A stretch of 64,000 nt of DNA from Vicugna vicugna (lineage: Eukaryota), in contig MU058337.1 in the NCBI GenBank assembly GCA_013265495.1, positions 2,944,686 to 3,008,685 on the forward strand, read 5' to 3'. Position 1 is the first letter of the stretch. The number at the start of each line of letters is the position of its first letter. A program made the position numbers and the translations under genes. Under the pieces are notes generated by a model. That model did not search any database and was not told the DNA's origin. It worked only from the letters and a program-made list of their open reading frames with translations. This document shows, in pieces, positions 1 to 13,329 of the stretch.

Positions 1-57
1 CAGAATCAACTGACTTGGGGTGATGTTTGGCGTGGCCTTTTGTTAAGCTCCCTCGGT

Positions 58-669
58 CAGACCCATCACTCGCATTTGTCAGGCCGGAGCAAGAGAACAT
101 AAACATGTCCAAATATTTTCAACTGCTGCACTAAGTTATCAAATTCTCAACGAGAGATGTTCCGTCATCCTACCTGGATGGCACGTCCTTGTAAGGATCC
201 AAAGGCTGGTTACACAAGTTGAGTTTGAGGATCCTGGCAGTTCTCACAGGAACATGACTTCATGGAGTGAGTCAGGCTGACCCTCTTCCTGCCTGCAGCT
301 CTGTCCTGCACCGTGACACACCTGTGTAGACGCCCCATCCCACACCTGTGTAGACGCCCCATCCCACCAGTGGACAGACACTCTCAGGACTAGAGGTGTG
401 ACCAGGGAACAGGACGTGGTCTGTCCTCGAGAGGGTGGATGTAGGACAGAGCCTCTTAGGGTCTGGAAGGGAGCTTGGGCCTTTTTGTCAGGGAACTCTG
501 GAGCCCTGGGCACCTGGAGCACAGGTTAGAAGGGAAGGGTTATTGGCCTTGTGTGAGTGTGTCTCCATGGAGAGTTAGAGCAGGTCTCCAGGAAGAGCCC
601 TGGCGGCACCAGGGAGCGGCCAGGATGGAGCATCACGGCTCCGCCCTTCTGTGCTGAAGGTGCCCAGTG
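58..669. mobile_element. hAT-Tip100 DNA transposon relic, MER115/Zaphod-like
   Basis: Ordered similarity to the recalled MER115 consensus (CAGACCCATCACT..AGGCCGGAGCAAGAG..ATCCTACCTGGA..CAGGGAACTCTGGAGCCCTGGGCACCTGGAGCA..GAAGGTGCCCAGTG); a GC-rich island in AT-rich DNA. Confidence 0.6.
317..367. repeat. Perfect 24-bp tandem duplication
   Basis: CACACCTGTGTAGACGCCCCATCC at 317-340 and 341-364, followed by CAC. Confidence 0.95.
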
Positions 670-854
670 CTTGAGGTCTTAGCACAATGCCTGTCATTGT
701 ACAACTCAGGAACAGTGTCTCTAGACTTAATGAAGGATTAACTCGTAGCATTTCATAGCATATCTCATAATAGTATTATCTGAAATGATACCTTAGGCAT
801 AGCATTATATACATATCATTCTAATCTAAAAATTAACCCTAATTTTTTTGTTGT

Positions 855-858
<4 letters not shown>

Positions 859-884
<26 letters not shown>
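859..884. repeat. (TG)13 microsatellite
   Basis: Read directly from the sequence. Confidence 0.95.
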
Positions 885-885
<1 letters not shown>

Positions 886-3800
886 TCACAATCTGAAGTC
901 TGTCTGTTTCTCTTTCTCTCTGACTCCATCTGGTTGCTCTGTACCATGTCCTACAGTTTTCTCTACTGCATTCTCTCCCCCTTGGTTTCTTATTCTTTCT
1001 CTCCTATGCACTGTGTTTCTCTCTTTCTCTGTCACTCCTGTGTGCTTCAGTCTCTTTCCTTAAAAACATACACACTCAGGTACACTCACACACACACATG
1101 CACACATAAGCACCAAACAGACTGAAATACGGATGCATAAAAGAGTTAGATACAGATATGACTTGTTCAAGAGTATCCGGAGATTGACAGGTGTGAATAT
1201 TGTTTGCATCCAAATCAGAACACCTCCTCCCAGCTGGACACCATTCTTAGAAGAGATTTTTGTTCCCTTCCCACATATTTCTCTGGCTGGGAAGAACGTG
1301 AGTACAGTATACTCGAAGCGCCACCATTTTAACTTAGTAACTACGCGAAGTCCAGTTAATAAACACACAGCTGTTACCTCTTTGGGTAGACAGATGGCGT
1401 GTGTCACGTACCTACCGAGGAGAGGAGGGGGACTTCCTGGGAGCAGTTTGCGGGCCGTTAATTGATGAAGCAGTGATGTCAATGACCAGATGCGAGAGGG
1501 CGAAGGACTGTGGCATTTCATTACATAACTGAATAACTCTATGTTCTAAAATAGACTAAATTATTTGATTCGGATGCAGTTCTCTCTAATGTCCATGGAG
1601 ATTACGGTAGAGTCACATTAACCAAGCTGCTCCAGGCCAGGGATCTATCATCCAGCAACTACGTCCTGCTTTCATTCAGAAGCAGGTCTTCCGGTTCTCT
1701 CCTTTTACGTCCTCCCTCTTAGATGCTCACGCACTTCAGAATGGCGCTGCGGTATTTAAAAAAATCCACATCGTGCATGCTGCTTCCTATAATTTATTTT
1801 CCCACTTCAATAACTGTGTAAACATTGATAAAGTTGTGCTTTTCATTTTGGAGGGCACACGTGTGGCCCTGTAGGACATCATTTAAAGAAAACTGACCTG
1901 TTACTCTGCATTATCAGTTTAGATCTAGCCAGCAACGTTGAAATGTGTTTGGTATTCTTCAAATAGATTAACAGAGGAGAAGTGAGTTTTTTTTTTTTTT
2001 AATTTTGTCTTATAATTTTATCACTTATATGTTAATTTCCAACCAAGACTAAATCAACCCAACCTGGGTTCTTTTTATTTAATTTGTTAAGTTAATTAAT
2101 TGTGACTTTTACTGCCACTATAAAGTAACTAAAAATTGAGTTTTCTTTTCAAATTATCACATGCAAATATATGTTATCTATATTCATGTAGTTTATGCAT
2201 CTATGTATACACAAACACAATGTAGAAAAATATTTTCTTGTATTTATTATCTGCTGCCTGTAAGAGTTGAGATATGTCATCTGTCACTTTTGTAGCATAC
2301 TGCCAAACAATATTATGGAAAAATTTGTAAATGTGAACTGATGAATTTTAACATAATTTCCAAGAACCCCACTTGTTATCTCTGAAATATTCTGATTAAA
2401 TTTTGCTTTGATGAGCAACCTTCTGAAAAAAAAATTGAGGAATATATGTCCTTAAGAATATGTGACTAAATTAAGAAAGTTTTTATATCTTAAACCCCAA
2501 GGGTTTGACAAATATAGAATGAGAACTTTGCGGATGAACAAATATATATAATTTTTATAATTCTGCTTTTTAATCTTTTGGCAAAATTTGATGGTTCCAT
2601 TACTTTCCTGTATATAAATTCCTTAAGCTTCGAGGCTCGCCTCTGGAAATGAGGAAGGATAACGTCTCAAGTGCAAGAGCAGCATAAACTCCTTGTTCAC
2701 GAAAGGGAATTCCAAGGTCAAAGCCAGAGCTTCCTTTTCAATTCAAATGAAGCTGCAGATTCTGTTTTCTTTTTTGGAATCTTTTAAACAACGGGGTATT
2801 ATTTCCCATATTTCATTCATGAAATGGATGATTTAAAATCATTTTCATGGTTAATGTCTCTGCACCTTGATTTACCGCAGAAAATGTGAGTCTGTAGATC
2901 TCCTCTACGACTTACTCTGAGAGCCAAAAAAGGACTTGAATAAATGCTTTCAAAGCTCAGGCAGCTGCTTGTCAATTAAGTGAGGCTTTTTATTGGCTCT
3001 CTGGTCTTTCCTTAGCACAGATTTTCTTCATTAACGTTTCCCCCCCTTCCTGTTTCTGAACATGCTTTTGTTAAAAGAGAAGCAATAAGAGCAAGCTATT
3101 ACACAAGTCTGATTCATATTCCTTTAAATAGTCAACCTTTTGAGCGAAAATGGGCTAGGAAAAAATTGAAGTTCGATTCCATATCACTTAATTCTTAACT
3201 AGGACGTTCCAAGGACTGGTTCTCTTTGTAAAATATATGATCTATGGCATATGCTATACAGAATATATAATTACATAAAATATTGCTGTCTGCATGACAT
3301 CATAACATTTGCTTATTGCTGTAAAATGTTTCCAACCTTTCCAACTGCTTGTGAGAAAAGACCTCAACTGTCTAAGGAAACAAAAGTTTCTTTTTTTTTC
3401 TCCTGCTTTTTCCTCTATGAGGAAAAGAAGGCAGCGAAGGTGATTCATGTGGTTTTAAATATCATAAATTTGGCAGATGCACGCCAATGAAAATCATTCA
3501 GCTAACACGAAACTTCCATTCTTCCTCAAGTTCATTTACATTCATAATAAGGCAGCATCTTCTATAAGGATTATGTGAATCGAGTCACTAGACTCTACAC
3601 AGGGACACACAGCAGTGTGGTTTCTTTTTTGTTCATCCATTAATTCCAGCTGGTTGGTTCCATAGACTAAGATGGTGTGAGGGAGAAGAAGAAAGATTGT
3701 TGTCAAGAATTATACCACACTTTAAGATGAAAGGAAATGGGTGTTTTCAGAAATGATGCTTGTAAATGCCATTGAACAACACCATACAATATAAACCTCC

Positions 3801-6800
3801 TAGAGCAGTTTCATTCATTAACATTTTTATAATGTTTCTCTCACTTGTTTATTTTCAATGAGTTTTTTGTGTATATATATATATATACTATATGTATATA
3901 TATATTCATCTCTTTCATGTGCAGCTGAACAACCTTCAATTAAAAGTTTTTTTTGAAACCTGAGGAAACAGTCCATTCAAACTCTCCTTTCTCTCCATTC
4001 CTTCCACCTTTAAAATTCTCCCAGTGAAGAATGAGCCTTATTTGCATGAAGTTATTCTAGCATAAAATTATTCTTGCTGAAGGAGAATCAGAGGAGGGGT
4101 GGAGGTAAATCAGCAGCGATCACTCCATGAGGTTATTCTAGAACACCCTCCCCATAAACCTGCCCACCAACGCCCAAGGCTTTGCACAAAAACCACCAGA
4201 TGTTGTAACAGATACAGATGAGCACAGCTATGCAGGTAGGGATTCAAGCAGAGACATTTCAAAACACCATGCCTGAAACACTGGGATTTCACTGAGACGT
4301 TTGCTTCTGGGAGAGGTTAATGGAAGCACAATTTCATAAAGCCATCTTCATGTTGGGTGTGTACGTACCTGCCCACTTATTAAGAGAGAAAGAGAACTCA
4401 TAGTCTCGTATTGGAAAGAAAGCATTCACAGAAACATCCTCCTTTCTTCCTGCTGTTACAAACTGAGGACTATCATGATAGACCTTAAGGTATAACAAAA
4501 TATTATTTATGCTGTATGTAGTGAGTCATAAAAATCAAAGAATAGAGGGAAAATCACTTTTTCTTCTTTTTTTCTGCTTTTGCTTCTGCTCTATCTCAAA
4601 GCCAAACTCTGCCTGAATTAAATAGAATAAACACCATTGCATATCCAGCACACACACGCATCTGTTGGGAAGATTCGTATCGATTATTACACAATAAGTG
4701 CTACAAAGCTCATTTGCCCTTCACTCACACAGCGTCCCAGTGGTGCCCAGATAAATGCCAATAAGCGTCTCCATCACCCTGAATTGTTTTAGAGATTTAG
4801 ATTTGTTAGATTCGCCAGCACGCCAATTGCTGTATGGAAGGGTTATGCGGAACTACCAGGAATCACAGGCATTTTATGTCTCCAAATAAATCTAAAGGTT
4901 TTGTTTAATCAACATTATCGAGTGTACTGTTGATACTCATCTTAGCCAAACAAGCAATTGCAATCTCATAACACCCCATTTATTAAAATTAATAACTTTA
5001 AAGTATCAATGTATTCTTTTGAAAGTATATAAAGCCAGTTAAAGACATACTTTTTTTCTTATTTTGCCTTTTCCTACCCAGTTCAAATTTTATCATTGTT
5101 ATATAAGACTAGAGGACAGTCATTACACAAACACACAAACACACTTCTGTGGATAGGAACGTCTATATCGAAATGAGCTTTGAAAACCATGTTATATATG
5201 TTTTTGTAAATATATTTCTTATAAAAATTAAGAAATCATCTCAGAAGATTTTATTTGAGGGTCTTTTCCTAAAAACTGGTAAATCTTTGGGTATCTGTTT
5301 GCAAACATCAACAGGGTATGAAAATCTGGGCTTGTTAAGAGAAGTCCTTTCACTTATTTAACCCCAGAATCTTACTACTTTGTTTTCTGTAACAGGATGT
5401 CCACGTGCCAGAGTACCATGAGGATATCGGTTTTCAAGTTCTAAACATTTTCCTACCCAAACTGTAGTTCAGGACATCGAAATCACAGTACGCATTCCTG
5501 GGGGATGGACAGCACAGGGGAGAGGGATTCCAAGAATATCGTTGCAGCTACCTGGGTGTGACTCTGATCTCCGTACTTCTCTCGTCAATTTAGACACTAG
5601 GCACACAGGCTGAGCTGGAGGTGTGGCAGTGATGCTGTGGCTCCCTTCTTTCCTTCCCCGCCTCCTACCCCTGAACTCGCTCCAGAATGGGAACACAATT
5701 CTTATTATCCAAGTCAACATGCATGACATCTGGCCACAGATTCTTGGTCAATGTGTTGTTGTTGGAGCATCTTCTGAGGAGTGAGGCCCGGCTGTGACGT
5801 GTTATAGCAGGTGTGGGTGTAGGAACTGCCTAGGCAGCACAGGGAAACTGCTCCCTGTTTGGCAGCACAATGCTGTCCTCAGGATATATTGCAATACCGG
5901 ACTTGGAAGCCTAGCATCCAACTTGGGCAGGCTCTAAACTGAATATTTGGGTGCCATTTTCAAAACAAAACAAAAACAAAGAAACAAACAAATATATACA
6001 TATACACACACACATCTAAATATTATACACGTATACTTATGTGTACGTATGTATTTGGTGGAAAGAAATCTTTGGAAAACAAGGTATTTTAATAACAAGT
6101 TTTCAGTAAGAAAACATTATTTGTATTTACTCTACAAAGGCTTTTTTTTTTAATACCCAAATTAAAGTTGTTGAATCATAAATATCAGCCGGATATGCAA
6201 GGATGCTTCTGCAGGCGGAACTGGTTCTCAAGGGCAGCGAAGTGTGCTGCTTCAGTTCTCCAGCTATGCCCTTCTCTGGAATGGACAAAGAACATTCAGG
6301 AAGCCTTCTCTTTTCCTCTCAAAATATATAGAAGTCCCCCTAAATGGGTACCACTTCAATAAACTGTAAGAATACTTTAGTTCGAAGTCATACCAAAGAT
6401 ATACACCATGAAAGATTAATATTCATCCAAGCTATTAAGTAAAACAATCATTGCCCGAATTTCTGGCTTTATGTCCTCCCCAGTTCAATGTTTCTTTCAT
6501 CAATCTTATACCCTAGCTACTTCTGACTTCCTGAAAATTCTATCACGTAGAAAGAATGGCATTTTTACCTAGGATACCAGGCTCTAAATATTTTAATTAC
6601 CCCCGTGTTCTCAATGGCGTTTTCCCTGGATGTTTTCTGGAAATTACTCCATTACCTCATTCACCACCACCTGGACAGCACATGCTCTGCTGACTTAGTA
6701 AGGGGACTGGGAAGAGGTATGGAATAGAATCTCGGAAAAACTGCACTGACTGGGTTATGAACCTCACAAGAGGACACCACGATGAATTTACTGGATCTAG

Positions 6801-7671
6801 CGCACATTCTAGTATTTTCTATTTGCCAGTTAGTTAAAATTCATTCCTCAGACACTCCAGATTGTATCTTCATGTATTGTCTCACAGAGAGAGAGACTGA
6901 ATTCTTCATCCAATTGGACCATTTTTCTTCTTTAAAAAAAAAATCAGTGAAATAATCCAGTGAGTAGAATTTAAGGTGTAAATTTAAATTACATAGCAAA
7001 GGAACTTCAGACCTTATATTCCTGTTGTTAGCTAATATTTAAAGGGCTTGTCAAAATCTGTCTAATAAATCAGTTAGATGTTTAATCTTCAAGTACGTTT
7101 TATTCAGATCATTCTAAAATGTACTAATCTGAGCATGTGAGGCAGAAAGTAGGCACCAGTGAATGGCAGATTTTACCATCAATTTTATTATTTTACTAAT
7201 TAGAAACTTAAATTAAACACATATGTTATGCCAAACTTGCTAGGATCTTTGTCTAATTTGTTCTACAAACCTGCCTAATAGAAATCGTTATCCTCACTTT
7301 TCTAGAAAAAAAATGAGGCTTTGGAAGTTTAAACAACACGTTCCGGACACAACTGATACATTGCATGCAAGCTGTCTGCATGAAAAGTCCACACCCTCCC
7401 TCATGCAATGATAGTGTTTCAACTAGATCTAAGTAGGAAAATCTATTCATTGGAATGAGTGGTCAGTATTTTTTTAAAAAAACTGAAAATACATTGAGGA
7501 GAATAAAGAAGGAGAAAAAAGTGTTGGATTCAAGATATCAAGTTCTGACTCTATTTCAGAGAGTCACGTGGAGATGACATTGCAAGTAAAAGAAGAAAGA
7601 TGTAAGGGGAACTCAGATACATTTCATGTCTAACAGTTTTCATGCTCCATGAAAACACAGTCACGTGAGGC

Positions 7672-7856
7672 ATTTTATCTCATTTAAAAATCACAATAAA
7701 GCTCTTAGCGTGGGATTTCTTGCCTAGTTAACAGATAACGGAATTTCAAGGCACCACAGGATGAACTTAAGTTGAAGTTCACTCACCTAGGAAGTAGTGA
7801 TGCTTAATCTTGAATGGTTTTTAGAATCACAGAGAACGTGTATATTTTCCACTATA
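7672..7856 (-). mobile_element. Degenerate MIR SINE
   Basis: TTATCTCATTTAAAAATCACAA..ACAGATAACGGAA..CACTCACCTAGGAAGTAG..CCACTATA follows the reverse-complement MIR layout. Confidence 0.5.
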
Positions 7857-10169
7857 AACAGATGCACAGAGCTATTCTTATTTATAAAATAAATTATCTT
7901 ATGAATTTATTTATATATTTCCCATTAAATACTCCCAGTTATGTAGACGAACCCATATCTCAGCATCGAGTCCGGATGGGCTTGGGTGAGGAAAAAATTA
8001 CATACACAGAACAAAATCTATGAGAAGTGAAAATGTTGCTTTTAAGGCTATACAATGTTAGAATATAATTTTAGCTACATCAAAGTAAGCTTACTGGCCA
8101 AACACTTTCCAAGTTACTGAAGATATTGTATTTCTTCTAATTGATGTTAAAAATTACTAAATAGGGACTGAATGCCACCTATACTCTGAGAAGACTCATA
8201 CGGATGATTTCATTTCATTCCCTGAGTTAGCGTTCGTGGATGTGGTATTACAGAGGAGGAGACCAGGGCACAGAGACTCCTGAGTTGAAACTGCTGCTGA
8301 GTAGCAGAAATTGTATTTTTTAACTCAGATATAATGTTTTCCATGCTCTCTTTCATTTCTTCCACTAAAAAGAAAAAAAAATTGATGACAAAAATATGTT
8401 AACTCTAGTATATTACAAAGCTACTAAATTAGCTCTTTTCCCTGAACTAAACCAATAGGCTTATTGTATTGTAGCTTGTAAGTAGATTCAAAGAATTTGG
8501 ACTTTGATATTGTTGCTTCTGTATTTATGGAAAGTAAAATTGATTTTAAAATCTGTAGTTTTAACTTACATAGACCAAAAGAGCAGGTAATGTACAAAAA
8601 TGATAAGTTTATAATTTATGCTTAGATAGTCCGTGGTGCCCAGGCTTCCTGACATTCTTGGCCAGAATCCTCAAAAAGGACACAAAAATGGTTGTACCAG
8701 AGATAAGATTTAAAATGCAAAACATTGAGTGTTCAGTGCATTTTATTATCCTTAATTACCTAGAAAAATATTGATGATATGAACATTTTTATATAATATA
8801 CCTTTAACATTAGAAGTTTTTTGTTTTTTTTTTTAAGTGTAAAATAAATCATGTCCACACAGGTTGCTGAACACAAGCTTACTTTTCTTTATTGTCTCTT
8901 TCTTGACAGTTTTCATAAAATTGTTTGATGGAGAAACACTCGTGTTGCTGATATATACCAGGTAGAATGAACAAGGTTGTGTATGGTTTGAAAGAGTGGG
9001 CAATAAATTAAATTCAAGGGTTAATTGGCATAGGAAAATCTATACAATGAGAAATTCTGACTCTAATCTTACTGTGATAGAAGTAAGCATTCCCCAACTT
9101 CTTTAAGTTATTTCATGCACATGCTTTTGTTGAACAAGGTGATAAATACACAGGCTATTTGATAACTATCTTGTTGCAAGTATGTACCACTTTTTAAAAT
9201 ATTTTCAATGGCAAAGAGATGTTACACGCACACACATGCACATGAAGACATGCACACACACACATTATGTAAGATACATGTATGGTTAGTGATTAGGAAA
9301 GTGAAATTGAAAAAAAATTGATAACTTCTCAGAGTGCAGGGCACAACTTAAAACCAATACCCCTATACCGTCGTCTAGAATCCTTTTCCCAACATCGGTC
9401 AGCCAGAAATTTTTGAATTAGGATTATGGCATCTAGGAATTTTCCTGTGGGTCGTGCAAAATTATTCCATGTCTATAAGATATCTGAGCTATAAATGCTA
9501 TAAAAGCTATAAAGAAAGAATGCAAAACTCATCAGAACCACCATTTAGAATGCCTTCAGATATTAGAATATTTCCTTTCACGTGGTTTAAGCAGAATCAA
9601 GGAATTAGTTCTACTACATATTTAGCCCTTTCATGTCACAGTTCTCAAAGCTTGAATTTTTCACAAGGCCTTTCTAATGAGTTCACTGTTTTGTTTATCC
9701 TGCTCATAAGAAAGTCTGATGTGACCTTTACATTTGCATTGCTAATAGCTGTCAGGGGTTGGTTCCCAGGCTCTCTCTGCTACGGCACTTTGGCAAAATT
9801 AATTGAGATCAAAGTCCATTTAGGGGGACGACCATCAGTCCAAATTGGCTGATAAAGGGAACGATCAGGATCATCAGGCCAGATTCTTTAGCAAAAAGTT
9901 CAGGATCTGGGGTGAGGCAGAGAAAACAAATAAGACATAAGCTCAGAAGCATGTTTCAGAATTAAATTGTCAAAGCAAGTACAGAAGCCTGGGAGAAAAG
10001 GGCTGGGATTTACGGAAGAAGCAGGAGTGCTCCTACTCGGAGACTCTAGAGGGAGGGGCCAGTGATGTAGCTCTGCCTTCAGAGAAGAAAATGCCCATGG
10101 TTTTGTCGCCCTGCCCTGTACTTGGATGCATTTTCTGCACAAGTTCCCAAATTGAGTGGCTAAAGGATG

Positions 10170-10450
10170 GTTGTTTTTATTCAACTCTCATTTGTTTATG
10201 TACCAGAGAGAGAAAATACAAAAAGTTTATCCTTGTACAAGGAGAAAGAAAAACAAGCAATCAAGTTGGACACATGCAAAGGCACAGTGGCAACCTCGGG
10301 AGTAGACTATTCATTCTGCGCTTCTACACCGAGAGCTGGGAAAGGATTCTGGAAGAGGCGATGTTTAGTTCAGCCTTGAAAGATGGTAGTTATGTTCCAA
10401 ATGGGTAAAGGTGAAAAAGGCATGGCAAAGAAACTGGTGCTTGAAGTCAC
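10170..10450 (-). mobile_element. L2 LINE fragment
   Basis: GGGAAAGGATTCTGGAAGAGGCGATGTTTAGTTCAGCCTTGAAAGATGGTAG resembles the antisense L2 3' region. Confidence 0.55.
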
Positions 10451-10519
10451 TGATGCACTCCAGAGAAGTCAGAGAGTTCTTTATAACTGAAGCCAACAAT
10501 CAAAGGATATTCATGGTAT

Positions 10520-10742
10520 CACAGCGGAAGCCACCCAGTAGGCAGCCTAATTAAGTCCTGGCTCCATCCCCTAGTAGCTGTGTGACCTTGGGCAGGTACA
10601 TAACCTCTTTATGCCTCTCTGTAGAGTGGGAACAATAACACAGCCTGCCCCACAGGGTTGCTGTGAGGATTAATGGGTGAATGCTTGCAAATCATTGGAT
10701 TCTCTTAGCATATGGTAAGCGTGATACAAAAGGTTCTACTCT
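10520..10742 (+). mobile_element. MIR SINE
   Basis: Core AGCTGTGTGACCTTGGGCAGGTACATAACCTCT and CAGGGTTGCTGTGAGGATTAA. Confidence 0.85.
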
Positions 10743-11489
10743 AAATAAAACAGGCAAAATTCTCCTGATAAATGTGTTTCTGGAGATTTTTTTCTTTATT
10801 CCCATCCAATGGATATATGTCCTAAAGACGTCTGTCTTCTCCTTAAAACTTCTTACTCATTCAATAGTCTTAAACAGTTTATCATCTGCTCTGTTAATTT
10901 CCCTTTCAGCAGAAATTTGCCTATTTGAAATTATAATTTCCTTCTTCAGAGTGTGCCTTCTTGCTTCTGAATTTCTTCCATTTTACTAGAATTGTAGCAA
11001 CAGGAACACCCTTGTCAAATGACAGTTTTCTAAAATCACTAAGCAACCCAGACAGATTTGAGCTTACCGGTTACTGCGGCGAGGGACGGCACAGACTCAG
11101 CAGAGCTTGGATGGGGGGGTCTGGAGCAGGAGGGCGAGGTGGAAATGAGTGTGAATCTGATGGTTAGTTTAAGGTGAGTCTTCTTAAGATACAATTGTAG
11201 AGGATTGGTGGAAACTGCAAAGCCAGAACTTCGGAGTCAAGGATTCAAAGAACCTTGAGACACAGACTGTCTATTGATCTTTCATTGATGAATTGATGAG
11301 AAGTTTCTATAATGAACAGTCAGGCCATTTGCTGGGGCAAGAGTCTCCTGAAATGGCAAAGCAATACTGATAGTACAAGCAAATTATGTGGGGGACGGTT
11401 TCAGACCCCAGTGTCCCAAGCTGTGTGTGAAGGTAGATTGTTTTGTTTCTTATCTGTCAATCAACACATTTTCCTTCATTCGAGTTTTT

Positions 11490-11972
11490 GGAGGCAGTTT
11501 GCTACTATGGTGGAGAGAATGGATTATTTTTTTTTGTATAAATATGTTTTATTGAAGTGTAGTCAGCCTACAATGTTGTGTCAATTTCTCATGTACAGCA
11601 CATTGCTTCAGTCATACATGAACATACATATATTCGTTTTCATATTCTTTTTCACCATAAGTTACTACAAGATACTGAATATAGTTCCCTGTGCTGTACA
11701 GTATGAACTTGTTGTTTATCTATTTTATATGTAGTAGAGTGTATCTACATTCTGAAGCCAGAATGTTGGTAGTTAAAGTTTCTCAGTTTACCTGGTGTCA
11801 TCTTGCGCAAGATACTTTAACTCTTTGTGCTTCGTTTCCTCATTCCCAAGTAAGAATAATTATAATAACACCTAGTCATGGGTTGCTATGAGAATCAGTG
11901 AGTTACCGTATGTACAGCTCTTAAAATAATGCCCAGCTCATAGTGAGTATTCAGTAAGTAAAAGCTATTATA
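11490..11972 (+). mobile_element. MIR SINE interrupted by an L1 fragment at 11526-11748
   Basis: 5' part GAGGCAGTTTGCTACTATGGTGGAGAGAATGGATT; resumes at CTGAAGCCAGA..GTTTCCTCAT..GGGTTGCTATGAGAATCAGTGAG..AGCTATTA. Confidence 0.8.
11526..11748 (-). mobile_element. 5'-truncated young L1 3' end, camelid-like
   Basis: T-tract followed by TTATTGAAGTGTAGTCAG..TACAATGTTGTGTCAATTTC..GAATATAGTTCCCTGTGCTGTACAGTA, an artiodactyl-type L1 3'UTR closest to the camelid version as I recall it. Confidence 0.9.
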
Positions 11973-12224
11973 GATCTGAAACGAAAAGCTTCGGCACTAT
12001 TTTTTGGTTCATGTTACAGATCGTTATCTACGCTATAGCTACTCATCCAAAATTAAGTGTATTTTTTATGATTTTATCCAATGTATATTAAAAAGGACTA
12101 CTTAACTAATCAGCTGAGGAAAAAGTGCTAACAGAAAGCAAAATTCTTTGCTTATTTAAAAAAAAAGTTCCCTCAATTCCTTAAATTCTTTAAATATGGA
12201 AGTTTTCCAGATTTTTGCCTGAAA

Positions 12225-12740
12225 CTCCCCAGTCTCTTTATTCTAAATCCTGTCCGCTTCACCTAAGACCTTTCATCTAATTACCTTCACAAGTATGAAC
12301 CCTGGGTACCCTCAGATGTCTTAAGCTCCTACTCAGTTCAACGGGTTCCAAATTTTTATTATATTCTTGCCCAAGACTGTTCAACCCATTATCAGATTCC
12401 TTATCTCAGTTTTCCCTTAGTCTCCTACCCACCTGCACTTGAAATTGTATTTAAGTCCTCCCAGCTCTCATTTGACCTCTTCCCATCGGGCTCGCCTCAC
12501 GTAATCCAGAAACTGCTGGTTCATACTGGCCCACATAGTCTTACCCCGACTGTCTGTGTTTGCCTCCCGAGTCAGATGCTTATCATCTCTTACGGGGACT
12601 ATTTAGGTTGCCTTGCAATGCCTGCCTTAAATAAAATCTATTGCTTTTTATATTCATCATTTACACCACGGACAGATTGTCCTTGATGAAATACAGATAC
12701 TACCACTTATCTGCTCAGAGATCGTCAGCGACTCACCAGA
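12225..12740 (+). mobile_element. L2 LINE fragment
   Basis: Pyrimidine-rich; TCCTTATCTCAGT, TTATCATCTCTTACGGGGACTATT and CCACTTATCTGCTCAGAGATCGTCAGCGACTC occur in L2 order. Confidence 0.55.
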
Positions 12741-13329
12741 GCTGAGGGACTAACGGTCATGAAAAATTGTAGAGGAGTTATCAGATTTGGGGAAAGTCTA
12801 TCAACTTTTCTTCATAAAGGAGCTGCACAGTTTTGGAGGTTGTTCCGTAGATCTCCATATGTTTCAAGACATTGACTCGTCACTCTACACATGCCTTTGG
12901 GAGTCAATGCCTGATCTTGCCACACACCCCTGTACCACACATATGTGTCATGGCCCCCAGGGAGTGCCCAGTGGAATCCTTTTCTATACGATATTTTTCT
13001 AGCAATAAGTTAACTCTGTATGGAAGTAACTGCAAACAGCAGAACTACATCCTACTAAACCAGACATTGAAGTACCTCTGGCCCAGCTTTCTCCCAGCTG
13101 ACTGTTCTAATGCATCCAGCCACTCCAACATCCCCCAATGAAGACTGATGAGATTTAAGGGAAGACTGATTGCAGAGACACGATGGTTTCAACAACTGCT
13201 GCTTTAATATCTTACTTTCCTTGCTAGGGTCCCCACTCAAGTAAGGGCTCCTAAAGACAAGCTCAGCTTATCTTCATTAACTTCACTGCTGTGCTGGGAA
13301 CAGATTAATTGACCTGTAACAACACTCAT

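Noticed and set aside
5405..5428. Peptide VPEYHEDI after an acceptor-like site, resembling cyclin A2 VPDYHEDI
   Set aside because: Similarity stops after 8 codons and flanking residues do not match; consistent with chance.
8910..8961. 52-nt exon-like segment (TCTTGACAG..CAG|GTAGAA)
   Set aside because: Weak donor, unrecognised peptide and no partner exons; such pseudo-exons are common.
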